A stretch of DNA of 31,046 nucleotides, taken from assembly GCA_046260645.1 (NCBI GenBank), contig JBHEOU010000001.1, positions 1 through 31,046 of the forward strand. The letters are read 5' to 3'. Source of the DNA: Bacteroidales bacterium. GTDB lineage: Bacteria > Bacteroidota > Bacteroidia > Bacteroidales > VadinHA17. Positions 9,157-17,521 of this stretch are shown here, piece after piece. The first letter of the stretch is position 1. Every line of letters starts with the position of its first letter. The translations under genes and the position numbers were made by a program. The notes below the pieces were generated by a model. It had not been told where the DNA came from. It saw only the letters and a list, made by a program, of their open reading frames with translations, and did not search any database.

Positions 9157-9871
9157 AGGCATACATCGCCCTCTTCCCCTCTTTGGTGAGTACTGTCAGC
9201 ATCCCGTCAGGCCTGACGCACTCGATCATACCTTCAAATTCACCGCTGTCGTCGGTAAATCTGTGCCATTCGCCTGACCTGTAAAGCACTTCGTGATAAT
9301 CTTTTGCCAGGGCAGCTGTCTCACCCCTTATGATCATGCCGTACCTGCTGTCAAGCAGGCTTATCAGCCTACCCGTCACGGCCTGAAGGTCGAGCCTTGT
9401 GCCTGTAACCGAGGCCAGTGATACAGGGTTCGGGGCTCCGCTCCTGAAGACTGTCTGGTTGACGTTCAGCCCGATTCCCGCTACGGTGCTGCCGAGCGCG
9501 TCACCCATGATGGTGTTCTCAATAAGAATGCCTGCTATTTTGTCATCCCTGACATAAATATCATTGGGCCACTTAATCCTTGCCTCCGTGGTGTGCAGAG
9601 CCACCAGGTCATGCACGGCAAGGGATACCATCTGCGAAATGACAAACTGCTCCGGGGGCTTTATCATGACAGGGTACAGTAAAATACTCATCAGCAGGTT
9701 GCTGCCCGGTTCACTCTCCCAGCTGTTGCCGGCTTGTCCCCTTCCGCTCTCCTGATATGATGCCGTTATCACGGTTCCCTCCGGAGGCTTTGACTCACGC
9801 AGCAGGACAGCAGCGACCGTGTTTGTTGATGACACTTTTTCAATGTGCCTGACAGACGACCCTATAATCAT
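9131..9871 (-). CDS. birA: Biotin--[acetyl-CoA-carboxylase] ligase (no N-terminal HTH)
   Basis: SSTN, QESGRGQAGNSW, KWPNDIYV, KIAGILIE, GIGLNVNQ. ATG at 9871 (track start is TTG 9880). Confidence 0.93.
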   Translation of the reverse strand: MIIGSSVRHIEKVSSTNTVAAVLLRESKPPEGTVITASYQESGRGQAGNSWESEPGSNLLMSILLYPVMIKPPEQFVISQMVSLAVHDLVALHTTEARIKWPNDIYVRDDKIAGILIENTIMGDALGSTVAGIGLNVNQTVFRSGAPNPVSLASVTGTRLDLQAVTGRLISLLDSRYGMIIRGETAALAKDYHEVLYRSGEWHRFTDDSGEFEGMIECVRPDGMLTVLTKEGKRAMYAFKEIDYIL

Positions 9872-9936
9872 GATGAACAAATGTTTGCGATATTCATTGC
9901 ATTGAAAACCGGCGCTTTTGGCCGGGCTGCCTCAAT

Positions 9937-9951
9937 TGGCACCCTTATTGT
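9937..9951 (+). promoter_or_regulatory. Putative sigma54-like -24/-12 element upstream of rsfS-ftsH
   Basis: TGGCACCCTTATTGT matches TGGCAC-N5-TTG(C) spacing, with the last base T instead of C. Confidence 0.45.
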
Positions 9952-9992
9952 AAAAAGAGTAAGCGCCGGACAAAAATACGGATAAATGTTCG

Positions 9993-10000
9993 TAATTTTG
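9993..10000 (+). promoter_or_regulatory. -7 box upstream of rsfS-ftsH
   Basis: TAATTTTG(C), 38 nt before the ORF start at 10039. Confidence 0.6.
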
Positions 10001-10038
10001 CGGCAGTTAAAAGGAACTGTTTATTACTGAAAAGATTA

Positions 10039-10425
10039 TTGATGAGAAAAGCCGGAAAAGAGGCCACCAGGATGACGGAGACCATTGTTAAAGGTTTGTT
10101 TGAAAAAAAGGGAGAGAAGGTGGCCCTGATTGATCTGAGGAATATTGAAAGCAGGGTATGTGACTGGTTCATTATCAGTCACGCCGCATCAACCAGACAG
10201 GTCGATTCACTCGCGTGGTCAGTAGAGGATGTGGTGAGAAAGGAGACAGGGAGGAAACCATATCATATTGAGGGCAGGGAAAACTGCATGTGGGTTCTGC
10301 TCGATTACGGTGATATTCTCGTCCATATTTTTCAGCAGCCTTACAGGGACTTTTACGACCTGGAGTCGTTATGGGCTGATGGCAGTGTAACGTTCCCGGT
10401 GGATCAGACAGAAAAGAAAGGTTAA
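10039..10425 (+). CDS. rsfS: Ribosome silencing factor (Iojap/RsfS)
   Basis: EKKG..V..IDLR, DWFII.HA.STRQV, EG.....WVLLDYGDILVHIF....RDFYDLESLWAD. Confidence 0.95.
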   Translation: MMRKAGKEATRMTETIVKGLFEKKGEKVALIDLRNIESRVCDWFIISHAASTRQVDSLAWSVEDVVRKETGRKPYHIEGRENCMWVLLDYGDILVHIFQQPYRDFYDLESLWADGSVTFPVDQTEKKG

Positions 10426-10429
10426 TAAG

Positions 10430-12445
10430 ATGGCAGAGAGCAATGAGACTCCGAAGTCAGACAAGAACGATAAGAAGCCAAAATCGTGGTTCAGCTCAAG
10501 CTGGCCGATCGCAATTGTTCTTCTGACATTTATTGTTTTTCAGCTCCTCTTTTCAGGCAAGTACACACAGAAGGCCGGTCAGAGGGAGATTGAAGAGATG
10601 GTTATGAATTACGATATCGAGAAAGTTATCGTGATCAATGAGGAACAGGCTGAGATATATATCAAACCGGATTCCCTCAAGAGCGGTCGTTATCCCGATT
10701 TTGCCGAACAGCGGAGCTTCGGCCTTCAGCCTCCCAAGCCTCATTTCTACCACACTTTTGGGACGGTAGAGTTGTTCCAGGAGTTCTTTACTGCTGCACA
10801 GGACAAGGCAGGGTATGCGGAAGACGAGAGGATTTATCTGGAATACCAGAGGCGTAAAGACTATCTCTCCACCTTCCTGGGTGTCATCCTCCCGTTCCTG
10901 ATCATTGCCCTGCTGTGGATCTACTTCATGCGGCGCATGGCCGGCGGCGGCGGAGCAGGAGGTGCCGGCAGCATATTCAGCGTTGGCAAATCCAAGGCTC
11001 AGATCTTTGACAAGGACACTCATATCAAGATTAACTTCAGTGATGTCGCCGGCCTTGAAGAGGCCAAGACAGAGGTGATGGAGATAGTTGATTTCCTGAA
11101 GAATCCAAAGAAATACACTTCTCTCGGGGGCAAGATACCCAAGGGAGCTCTTCTTGTCGGCCCTCCCGGCACGGGCAAGACTCTTCTGGCGAAGGCTGTA
11201 GCGGGTGAGGCCAACGTACCGTTCTTCTCCATCTCCGGGTCAGACTTCGTAGAGATGTTTGTCGGGGTAGGGGCATCGCGTGTGCGCGATCTATTCAAGC
11301 AGGCCAAGGAGAAGGCACCATGCATCGTATTCATTGATGAGATTGATGCCGTCGGGCGTGCCCGTGGCCGCAATCCTAACTTCGGCTCCAACGATGAGCG
11401 TGAGAACACTCTCAACCAGCTGCTCACCGAGATGGACGGCTTCGGCACCAACAGCGGGGTGATCATCCTTGCGGCCACCAACAGGGCCGACATACTCGAC
11501 AAGGCCCTGCTCAGGGCCGGCCGTTTTGACCGGCAGATACACGTTGAGCTTCCTGACATCAAAGAGCGCGAGGCTATCTTCAAGGTACACCTGCGCCCCC
11601 TCAAGCTGGAAGAGGGATTTGACATTGTCTTCCTGGCAAAACAGACACCGGGCTTTTCCGGGGCTGACATTGCCAACGTATGTAACGAGGCTGCACTGAT
11701 TGCTGCCAGGAGGAATAAAACGGTAGTGGAAAAGCAGGATTTCCTCGACGCCATTGACAGGATCATAGGCGGGCTGGAGAAGAAGAACAAGATCATCTCC
11801 ATGGAGGAGAAGAGAACGATTGCCTACCATGAGGCCGGGCATGCCACCGTAAGCTGGCTCCTGGAACATGCCAGTCCTTTGCTTAAAGTGACCATCATCC
11901 CCAGGGGCAAAGCACTCGGGGCAGCATGGTACCTCCCTGAGGAGAGATCAATATCAACCCGGGAGCATATCTTGGACGAACTGGCCTATGCCCTCGGGGG
12001 CAGGGCAGCGGAAGAGCTTGTGATAGGGAAAATCTCCACCGGCGCACTGAGCGACCTCGAGAAGGTGACCAAGCAGGCTTATGCCATGGTGGCCTGGTTC
12101 GGAATGTCAGATGCAGTGGGGAACATGAGTTACTACGATTCATCGGGACAGTCTGAATACGGTTTCACCAAGCCATACAGCGAGAAGACCGCCGAACTGA
12201 TAGACCTTGAAGCAAAAAAGATTGTTGAACAGTCATACCTCAAGGCCAAGGAGGTCATCTCAGCAAATATTGACGGTCTGAAAAAGCTTGCAGAACAGCT
12301 GCTTGAGAAGGAGGTGATCTTCAGCGAGGACCTCGAGCGCATATTTGGCAAGCGCAAGGGAGATCACACCAGAGACCTGTCTGACGAGAAGCCTGTTGCG
12401 GAAATGCCGCAAATTCCGGTATCACCGGTTGACCATGGAGAATGA
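10430..12445 (+). CDS. ftsH: ATP-dependent zinc metalloprotease FtsH
   Basis: Two TM segments, FSDVAG, Walker [51 protein letters not shown] zinc motif. Confidence 0.98.
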   Translation: MAESNETPKSDKNDKKPKSWFSSSWPIAIVLLTFIVFQLLFSGKYTQKAGQREIEEMVMNYDIEKVIVINEEQAEIYIKPDSLKSGRYPDFAEQRSFGLQPPKPHFYHTFGTVELFQEFFTAAQDKAGYAEDERIYLEYQRRKDYLSTFLGVILPFLIIALLWIYFMRRMAGGGGAGGAGSIFSVGKSKAQIFDKDTHIKINFSDVAGLEEAKTEVMEIVDFLKNPKKYTSLGGKIPKGALLVGPPGTGKTLLAKAVAGEANVPFFSISGSDFVEMFVGVGASRVRDLFKQAKEKAPCIVFIDEIDAVGRARGRNPNFGSNDERENTLNQLLTEMDGFGTNSGVIILAATNRADILDKALLRAGRFDRQIHVELPDIKEREAIFKVHLRPLKLEEGFDIVFLAKQTPGFSGADIANVCNEAALIAARRNKTVVEKQDFLDAIDRIIGGLEKKNKIISMEEKRTIAYHEAGHATVSWLLEHASPLLKVTIIPRGKALGAAWYLPEERSISTREHILDELAYALGGRAAEELVIGKISTGALSDLEKVTKQAYAMVAWFGMSDAVGNMSYYDSSGQSEYGFTKPYSEKTAELIDLEAKKIVEQSYLKAKEVISANIDGLKKLAEQLLEKEVIFSEDLERIFGKRKGDHTRDLSDEKPVAEMPQIPVSPVDHGE

Positions 12446-12632
12446 GTGGGTAGTCATAGCCGGCTTTACCGATGATGTCAGAAGCCAGATAGCCGTTGAA
12501 CGCCTTCTAACAAGCGGCATAGATGCGGTGGCTGTGGACAAGCGCGACAGTATCTATAAGATAGGAGAGATCGAGGTGTTTGTTCACAGGGATAGTGTGC
12601 TCATTGCCAAGGAAATAATCAAAGATCTGTGA
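12435..12632 (+). CDS. Small DUF2007-like (putative signal-transducing) protein
   Basis: 65 aa [11 protein letters not shown]...AVERLLTSGIDAVAVDKRDSIY.IGEIEVFV; ATG 12435 overlaps the ftsH end; usual ftsH-cdsA neighbour. Confidence 0.7.
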   Translation: MENEWVVIAGFTDDVRSQIAVERLLTSGIDAVAVDKRDSIYKIGEIEVFVHRDSVLIAKEIIKDL

Positions 12633-12633
12633 G

Positions 12634-13482
12634 GTGACCAATTTTGTCAGGCGCACCGTGACAGGTGCTTTCATAGTGATATTCGTTCTCGGGGGCCTCT
12701 GGCTCCATCCTGTCTCCTTTTTCATCGTAGGGGCGGTGATGATCGGAGGGACACAGCGCGAGTACTATATTATGGTAAGGGGCACCGGGGTCAGGCCTCA
12801 ACTGGTTACAGGAATCATCAGCGGTTTCATCCTCTATTTCACCTCAACCATGATCGCGCTCGGATGGCTTCCCTTTAGTGGTTTCCTGGTGCTGATACCC
12901 GTGATATCGATCGTGATGTTTATAGAGCTCTTCAGGAATGTGCAGAGGCCTTTTGATTCGCTTGCCCATACATTCTTCTCAATACTTTACACAGCAGTGC
13001 CCTTCTCAATGTTTCCATTCGCAGCTTTTAGCCGGACGGGGCTCGAGCCGCTGCTGCAAATGGAGGGCATCCAGTTTTCCCCGGGAATACTGATCGGGTT
13101 CTTCTTACTGCTGTGGACGAATGACACAGGGGCCTATCTCGTCGGGTCACTGATCGGGAAGCACCGTCTCTTTGAACGCATCTCCCCGAAGAAGTCGTGG
13201 GAGGGCTTCTTCGGAGGATTGATTCTGACCCTTCTCGTTGCACGCCTCTTCTCCGGATGGCTCGGTGTTGCAGATACAACCGGATGGATGATCATCGCAT
13301 TCATTATCTCCGTGGCCGGCACCCTGGGCGACCTGCTGGAGTCGATGCTTAAGAGGAGCCTCGGGCTGAAGGACTCCGGGACGGTGATGCCGGGGCACGG
13401 AGGCTTTCTCGACAGGTTTGACAGCGTGGTGGTGGCATTTCCGCTGGTATATCTTTATCTGGCAATAGCAGTACAGGCATGA
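12634..13482 (+). CDS. cdsA: Phosphatidate cytidylyltransferase
   Basis: Multi-TM; WTNDTGAYLVG, ISPKKSWEG, GDLLESMLKR..G.KDSG..MPGHGGFLDRFDS. GTG start. Confidence 0.95.
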   Translation: MTNFVRRTVTGAFIVIFVLGGLWLHPVSFFIVGAVMIGGTQREYYIMVRGTGVRPQLVTGIISGFILYFTSTMIALGWLPFSGFLVLIPVISIVMFIELFRNVQRPFDSLAHTFFSILYTAVPFSMFPFAAFSRTGLEPLLQMEGIQFSPGILIGFFLLLWTNDTGAYLVGSLIGKHRLFERISPKKSWEGFFGGLILTLLVARLFSGWLGVADTTGWMIIAFIISVAGTLGDLLESMLKRSLGLKDSGTVMPGHGGFLDRFDSVVVAFPLVYLYLAIAVQA

Positions 13483-14153
13483 CTATGAGGAAATTTAAAA
13501 TACATAAGGAAGGATACAGGATAATAATGGGAGTCTTTGTCCTGCTCGTTGCCATGAACGTTGCGGGATGGCTCATCTGGCATGGCCCTACCGTGTTGCA
13601 TTATGTGGCTATGGCGGCATCACTCCTGCTCTTTGCCTTTATCCTGATGTTTTTCCGTACGCCGGCAAGGGTTGTGGAGCCTGATCCCCTGCTTATTTAT
13701 GCCCCGGCAGACGGAAAAATAGTTGTGATTGAGGAGACATTTGAAAAGGAGTATTTCAATGACAGCAGGCTTCAGATATCGATCTTCATGTCACCCTTCA
13801 ACATGCACAGCAACCGGTACCCGATCTCCGGAACAATCACCTATACCCACTATCAGCCCGGAAAAAAATATCGTGCCCGCAGTCCTAAATCATCATTGCT
13901 GAACGAAAGGAGCAGTGTGGTTGTTACTTCTGAAAGTGGCACAGGAATCCTCATAAGGCAGGTGGCCGGTGCGGTGGCCCGCCGTATAGTCACTTACTCG
14001 AAAAAGGGGGAGAAGGTGCTCCAGGGTGATGAGCTTGGCTTCATCAAGTTCGGATCACGTGTTGACATTTTCCTTCCGATCGACACCGAGGTGAACGTGG
14101 AGATGTTCGATCAGGTAAGGGCAAGCAGGACTATTCTTGCGAGAGTTATTTAA
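13479..14153 (+). CDS. psd: Phosphatidylserine decarboxylase proenzyme
   Basis: FFR.P.R, APADGKIV, ISIFMSPFNMH.NRYP, RQVAGAVARRIV, self-cleavage motif GFIKFGSRVD. Confidence 0.93.
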   Translation: MTMRKFKIHKEGYRIIMGVFVLLVAMNVAGWLIWHGPTVLHYVAMAASLLLFAFILMFFRTPARVVEPDPLLIYAPADGKIVVIEETFEKEYFNDSRLQISIFMSPFNMHSNRYPISGTITYTHYQPGKKYRARSPKSSLLNERSSVVVTSESGTGILIRQVAGAVARRIVTYSKKGEKVLQGDELGFIKFGSRVDIFLPIDTEVNVEMFDQVRASRTILARVI

Positions 14154-14165
14154 CTTTAAAAGGAT

Positions 14166-15383
14166 ATGAAAGAAGACAGCAATATACTGGATCTGACCCC
14201 CGACGTGAAGTGGATCGGGGTGCTTGATCCTGACATCAGGACATTTGATATCGTGATGCATACTGAGCACGGTACAACCTATAATTCATATTTCATCAAT
14301 GCCACCAAAAAGACCATTGTTGAAACGGCCAAGGAGAAGTTCAGCGACACTTATCTCAAAAAACTGATGAGGGTCACTGATCCGGCTGAAATAGCCTACA
14401 TCGTGCTTGATCACACTGAGCCCGATCACTCGGGTGCCATGAGGCAACTGCTTGATCTTGCGCCCTCTGCAGTAGTCGTGGGTAGTGGTAACGCCATCAG
14501 GTACCTCTCCGACATTGTCAACAGGCCTTTTAAATCGCATGTGGTAAAAGATGGTGACACGCTTGATCTGGGAAACAAGACCCTGAAGTTTATTGCCGCT
14601 CCCAACCTTCACTGGCCTGACAGCATATACACTTACCTTGTGGAGGATAAGATACTCTTCTCCTGTGACTCATTCGGTGCTCATTACTGCAGCGAGGAGA
14701 TGTTTGATGATCTTACGGCCGACTTCAGTGAAGATTTCAGGTACTATTTTGATGTGATACTCAAACCCTACAGCAAGTTCATGATCAGGGCCATCGAAAA
14801 GATCAGGCCCCTTGACATCTCAATGATTGCCACCGGTCACGGACCTATTCTCCGCAAGGGCTGGAAGAAGATCGTTGATGATACCCATGAGCTGGCATCA
14901 TCATATGTGAAGCTCACCTCGGGGTCTGGCGAAAAACGACTGCTCATAACCTATGTATCGGCCTACGGCTACACGAAGGAGATGGCCGGGCTGATCGCCA
15001 GGGGAGCCTCGGAGGTTGAGAATGTGGTGGTTGAAGTGATGGATATTGAAACTGCCGATATCGGGGAAATCGACGCCAGGCTGACAATTTCGGACGGCAT
15101 TATCGTAGGATCTCCCACGATCAATCAGAACACGCTGCTTCCTGTTTACAAGCTGATGGCGATGGTCAGTCCGTTGCGAGACAAAGGCAAGCTGGCAGGC
15201 TCGTTCGGATCATACGGATGGAGCGGTGAGGCCCCGGGTCTCATTGCGGAGATGCTGAAGAACCTGAGGCTCCGCTTTTATGACGAGCCGGCCGCCTATA
15301 AATTCCTGCCCGAGAGCGACAAGGAAAAACCACTGATTGAATACGGCGGGAGATTTGCACGTGAGCTTACCGCTCAAGAGTAA
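14166..15383 (+). CDS. fprA: FprA family A-type flavoprotein (flavodiiron O2/NO reductase)
   Basis: GTTYNSY, HTEPDHSG, LHWPDS, FSCDSFG, ATGHG di-iron ligands; C-terminal flavodoxin domain (SAYGYTKEMA, GSPT, FGSYGWSGEA). Confidence 0.93.
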   Translation: MKEDSNILDLTPDVKWIGVLDPDIRTFDIVMHTEHGTTYNSYFINATKKTIVETAKEKFSDTYLKKLMRVTDPAEIAYIVLDHTEPDHSGAMRQLLDLAPSAVVVGSGNAIRYLSDIVNRPFKSHVVKDGDTLDLGNKTLKFIAAPNLHWPDSIYTYLVEDKILFSCDSFGAHYCSEEMFDDLTADFSEDFRYYFDVILKPYSKFMIRAIEKIRPLDISMIATGHGPILRKGWKKIVDDTHELASSYVKLTSGSGEKRLLITYVSAYGYTKEMAGLIARGASEVENVVVEVMDIETADIGEIDARLTISDGIIVGSPTINQNTLLPVYKLMAMVSPLRDKGKLAGSFGSYGWSGEAPGLIAEMLKNLRLRFYDEPAAYKFLPESDKEKPLIEYGGRFARELTAQE

Positions 15384-15470
15384 AGACAGGCCTCCGACCT
15401 GTCTCATCCGTACAATGCAGATCGCTCTCTCATATAAAGCGAAAAGACAGGTCTCAGACCTGTCTTCTAC
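15380..15470. repeat. Inverted pair of REP-like palindromes (GTAG-type)
   Basis: GTAA-AGACAGG-cctccga-CCTGTCT (15380-15404, +) and AAGACAGGTC-tca-GACCTGTCTT-CTAC (15444-15470; GTAG on the - strand), between the convergent fprA and hsp20. Confidence 0.7.
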
Positions 15471-15503
15471 GGTGCACATCAGAACGCCTTCTGTAGATAT
15501 TTA

Positions 15504-15932
15504 TTACGAGATGCTAATCGAGCGTATCTTCTCCTTCTTCTTGTCTTCGCTGAGCTTCGGGATCTCAACGTTAAGGATACCATCCCTGTAGGCAGCACCT
15601 ATCTTTTCGCCGTTGACATCCTCAGGCAGATAAAAGCTGCGGCAGAATGAACTGTAGCTGAACTCCCTGCGTCTGTATCCTTCAAAATCCTCCTGCTTCT
15701 CCTCCTTCTGCTCTGCCGAGATGGTCAGAACATCATCCTTGACCTCAAGACGCAGATCCTTCTTATCCATGCCCGGAACGGCAAGCTCAAGATAAAATGC
15801 ATTCTCAACCTCCCTGATATTCACTGCAGGCAGACTCGAAGAGTTTCTGGTGAATGTCGGGAAAAAATCCTCGTTTAAGAAATCCGATAACGTGACCGGT
15901 TTGTAATTCCTTCTGGTGATCATTGGTAACAT
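15504..15932 (-). CDS. Hsp20/alpha-crystallin small heat shock protein
   Basis: PAVNIRE....FYLELAVPGM.K.DL...V..DVLTIS, RREFSYSSFCRSFYLPEDV....I.A.Y.DGIL.V.IPK. Start at ATG 15932, preceded by AAAAGGAGGT. Confidence 0.95.
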   Translation of the reverse strand: MLPMITRRNYKPVTLSDFLNEDFFPTFTRNSSSLPAVNIREVENAFYLELAVPGMDKKDLRLEVKDDVLTISAEQKEEKQEDFEGYRRREFSYSSFCRSFYLPEDVNGEKIGAAYRDGILNVEIPKLSEDKKKEKIRSISIS

Positions 15933-15987
15933 AGCGACCTCCTTTTTTATAATTGTTTGACATGTAAATATTTTCACTGGCAATATT

Positions 15988-16002
15988 TCAATCCTTATGC
16001 CA
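15988..16002 (-). promoter_or_regulatory. Putative sigma54-like -24/-12 element upstream of hsp20
   Basis: Minus strand TGGCATAAGGATTGA: GG and TTG at canonical -24/-12 spacing, about 55 nt before the start codon. Confidence 0.5.
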
Positions 16003-16014
16003 TCTAATAAATAG

Positions 16015-16059
16015 TGCCATAATGGCAGTATGAATCGCGTCATACATGACATAATGGCA
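16015..16059. promoter_or_regulatory. Two 13-bp palindromic operators TG(C/A)CATAATGGCA
   Basis: TGCCATAATGGCA at 16015-16027 and TGACATAATGGCA at 16047-16059, 32 bp apart. Confidence 0.65.
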
Positions 16060-16096
16060 TTTGGAATATGCTGGTTGTTTTACCGGGAATTCTTTA

Positions 16097-16104
16097 TAAT
16101 TTTG
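16097..16104 (+). promoter_or_regulatory. -7 box upstream of the AI-2E/DUF4492/cydAB gene run
   Basis: TAATTTTG, 50 nt before ATG 16155. Confidence 0.5.
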
Positions 16105-16154
16105 AGATGAAGTTCCTGCCGGGGCAGGATTCTGGTACCTGAAGACAAAGCCTG

Positions 16155-17288
16155 ATGAACGCAACTCTACGTAATATACTGATAATTATTGGCATAGCGT
16201 TGCTGGTATACCTTTTCTGGTATTTCCGGAGCATCTTTGCCTTTATTCTTGTTGCGGGCGTTATATCGCTGATTGGGAGGCCGGTGGTTGATCTGCTTAC
16301 CAGTATCAGGATATGGAAGTTTAATTTTCCAAGGGCATTGAGTTCTCTTCTCGCACTGCTTCTTCTCTACGGTCTGCTGGCTCTCTTCTTCGTGGTCTTC
16401 ATACCTCTTATCACCCGGCAGATTGATGCCCTCTCTGGCGTTGATGCAAGTTCGGTTGTCCAGGGGTTGCGTGACCAGCTTGACAATCTTGACCTGGCTC
16501 TCAGGAAGGTCTACAAGGATATGCCGGCGGATCAGACTTTGTATGACATGATAGTTACAGCGGTAGGAAACATTCTCAACCCTGCCTCAATAAGTGACTT
16601 TGCAGGCAATATGGTGACTGTAATAAGAAAGTTTGTGGTCGCCCTGGTGGCAATAACCTTCCTTTCGTTCTTCTTCCTGAAGGATGAAGGGCTATTCAAG
16701 GAGACGCTTATGGTAATGGTCCCCGACCAGTACGAGACAAGGATAAGGAGCGTTCTCCATTCCATAAAGCATCTTCTCATAAGGTACTTTATTGGCATCA
16801 TCATTCAGAGCACCATTGTGCTTATCAACATCACCATTGGCATGACCATCGTCGGTTTCCCGTTCCAGCAAGCCCTTGTCATGGGTCTGCTGGTCGGGAT
16901 TTTCAACGTGATACCCTACCTCGGCCCTTGGCTGGGCGGCTCGGTGGCGGTGCTCATGGGTGTGGCTACAGCCGTGACAACCGGAGGCTATCCTGTTATA
17001 TTTCTGCTGATCATATACATGGTCATTGTCATTGCCTGCACCCAGGCTATTGACAACAACCTGATCCAGCCCATGATCTATTCGCGCAGCGTCAATGCCC
17101 ACCCCATCGAAATCTTCCTTGTGATCATGGCCGTAGGAAGCTTCGCAGGAATCGGAGGCATGATAGTGGCGGTGCCAGCCTATACCGCCCTCAGGGTCTT
17201 TGCCCGCGAATTCTTCAACAACTTCGGACCGGTGCGCAAACTAACCTCGGGCCTCGGGAAAGAGGGAAAGGAAGAGGAAAAGGCATGA
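16155..17288 (+). CDS. AI-2E family transporter (PerM/YhhT-like)
   Basis: Multi-TM; GIFNVIPYLGP, QAIDNNLIQPMIYS....HP, GIGGMIVAVP. Confidence 0.9.
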   Translation: MNATLRNILIIIGIALLVYLFWYFRSIFAFILVAGVISLIGRPVVDLLTSIRIWKFNFPRALSSLLALLLLYGLLALFFVVFIPLITRQIDALSGVDASSVVQGLRDQLDNLDLALRKVYKDMPADQTLYDMIVTAVGNILNPASISDFAGNMVTVIRKFVVALVAITFLSFFFLKDEGLFKETLMVMVPDQYETRIRSVLHSIKHLLIRYFIGIIIQSTIVLINITIGMTIVGFPFQQALVMGLLVGIFNVIPYLGPWLGGSVAVLMGVATAVTTGGYPVIFLLIIYMVIVIACTQAIDNNLIQPMIYSRSVNAHPIEIFLVIMAVGSFAGIGGMIVAVPAYTALRVFAREFFNNFGPVRKLTSGLGKEGKEEEKA

Positions 17289-17289
17289 C

Positions 17290-17517
17290 ATGGCAAGGAT
17301 AGCATCGGCCATTGGTAAAGTTGCAAGGTTCTATTATGACGGATTCCGTACCATGTCATGGTGGGGCAACAGAGTGTGGATTATCATCCTTGTCAAGCTG
17401 TTTATAATGTTTCTCATCCTCAGGCTCTTTTTCTTCCCTGATTTCTTGAAAACCAATTTCCAGACAGATGATGAACGGAGCGTGTATGTTCTTGAACAAT
17501 TAACAGGAAATAACTGA
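17290..17517 (+). CDS. DUF4492 family small membrane protein (cydAB-associated)
   Basis: FYYDGFR.M.WWG..VW.IILVKLFIMFLILRLFFFPDFLK; directly upstream of cydA, as in Bacteroidetes. Confidence 0.8.
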   Translation: MARIASAIGKVARFYYDGFRTMSWWGNRVWIIILVKLFIMFLILRLFFFPDFLKTNFQTDDERSVYVLEQLTGNN

Positions 17518-17521
17518 TAAT

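Noticed and set aside
15933-15977. ROSE/fourU RNA thermometer in the hsp20 leader
   Set aside because: The leader is A-rich with no U/C-rich stretch able to pair with the AGGAGG.
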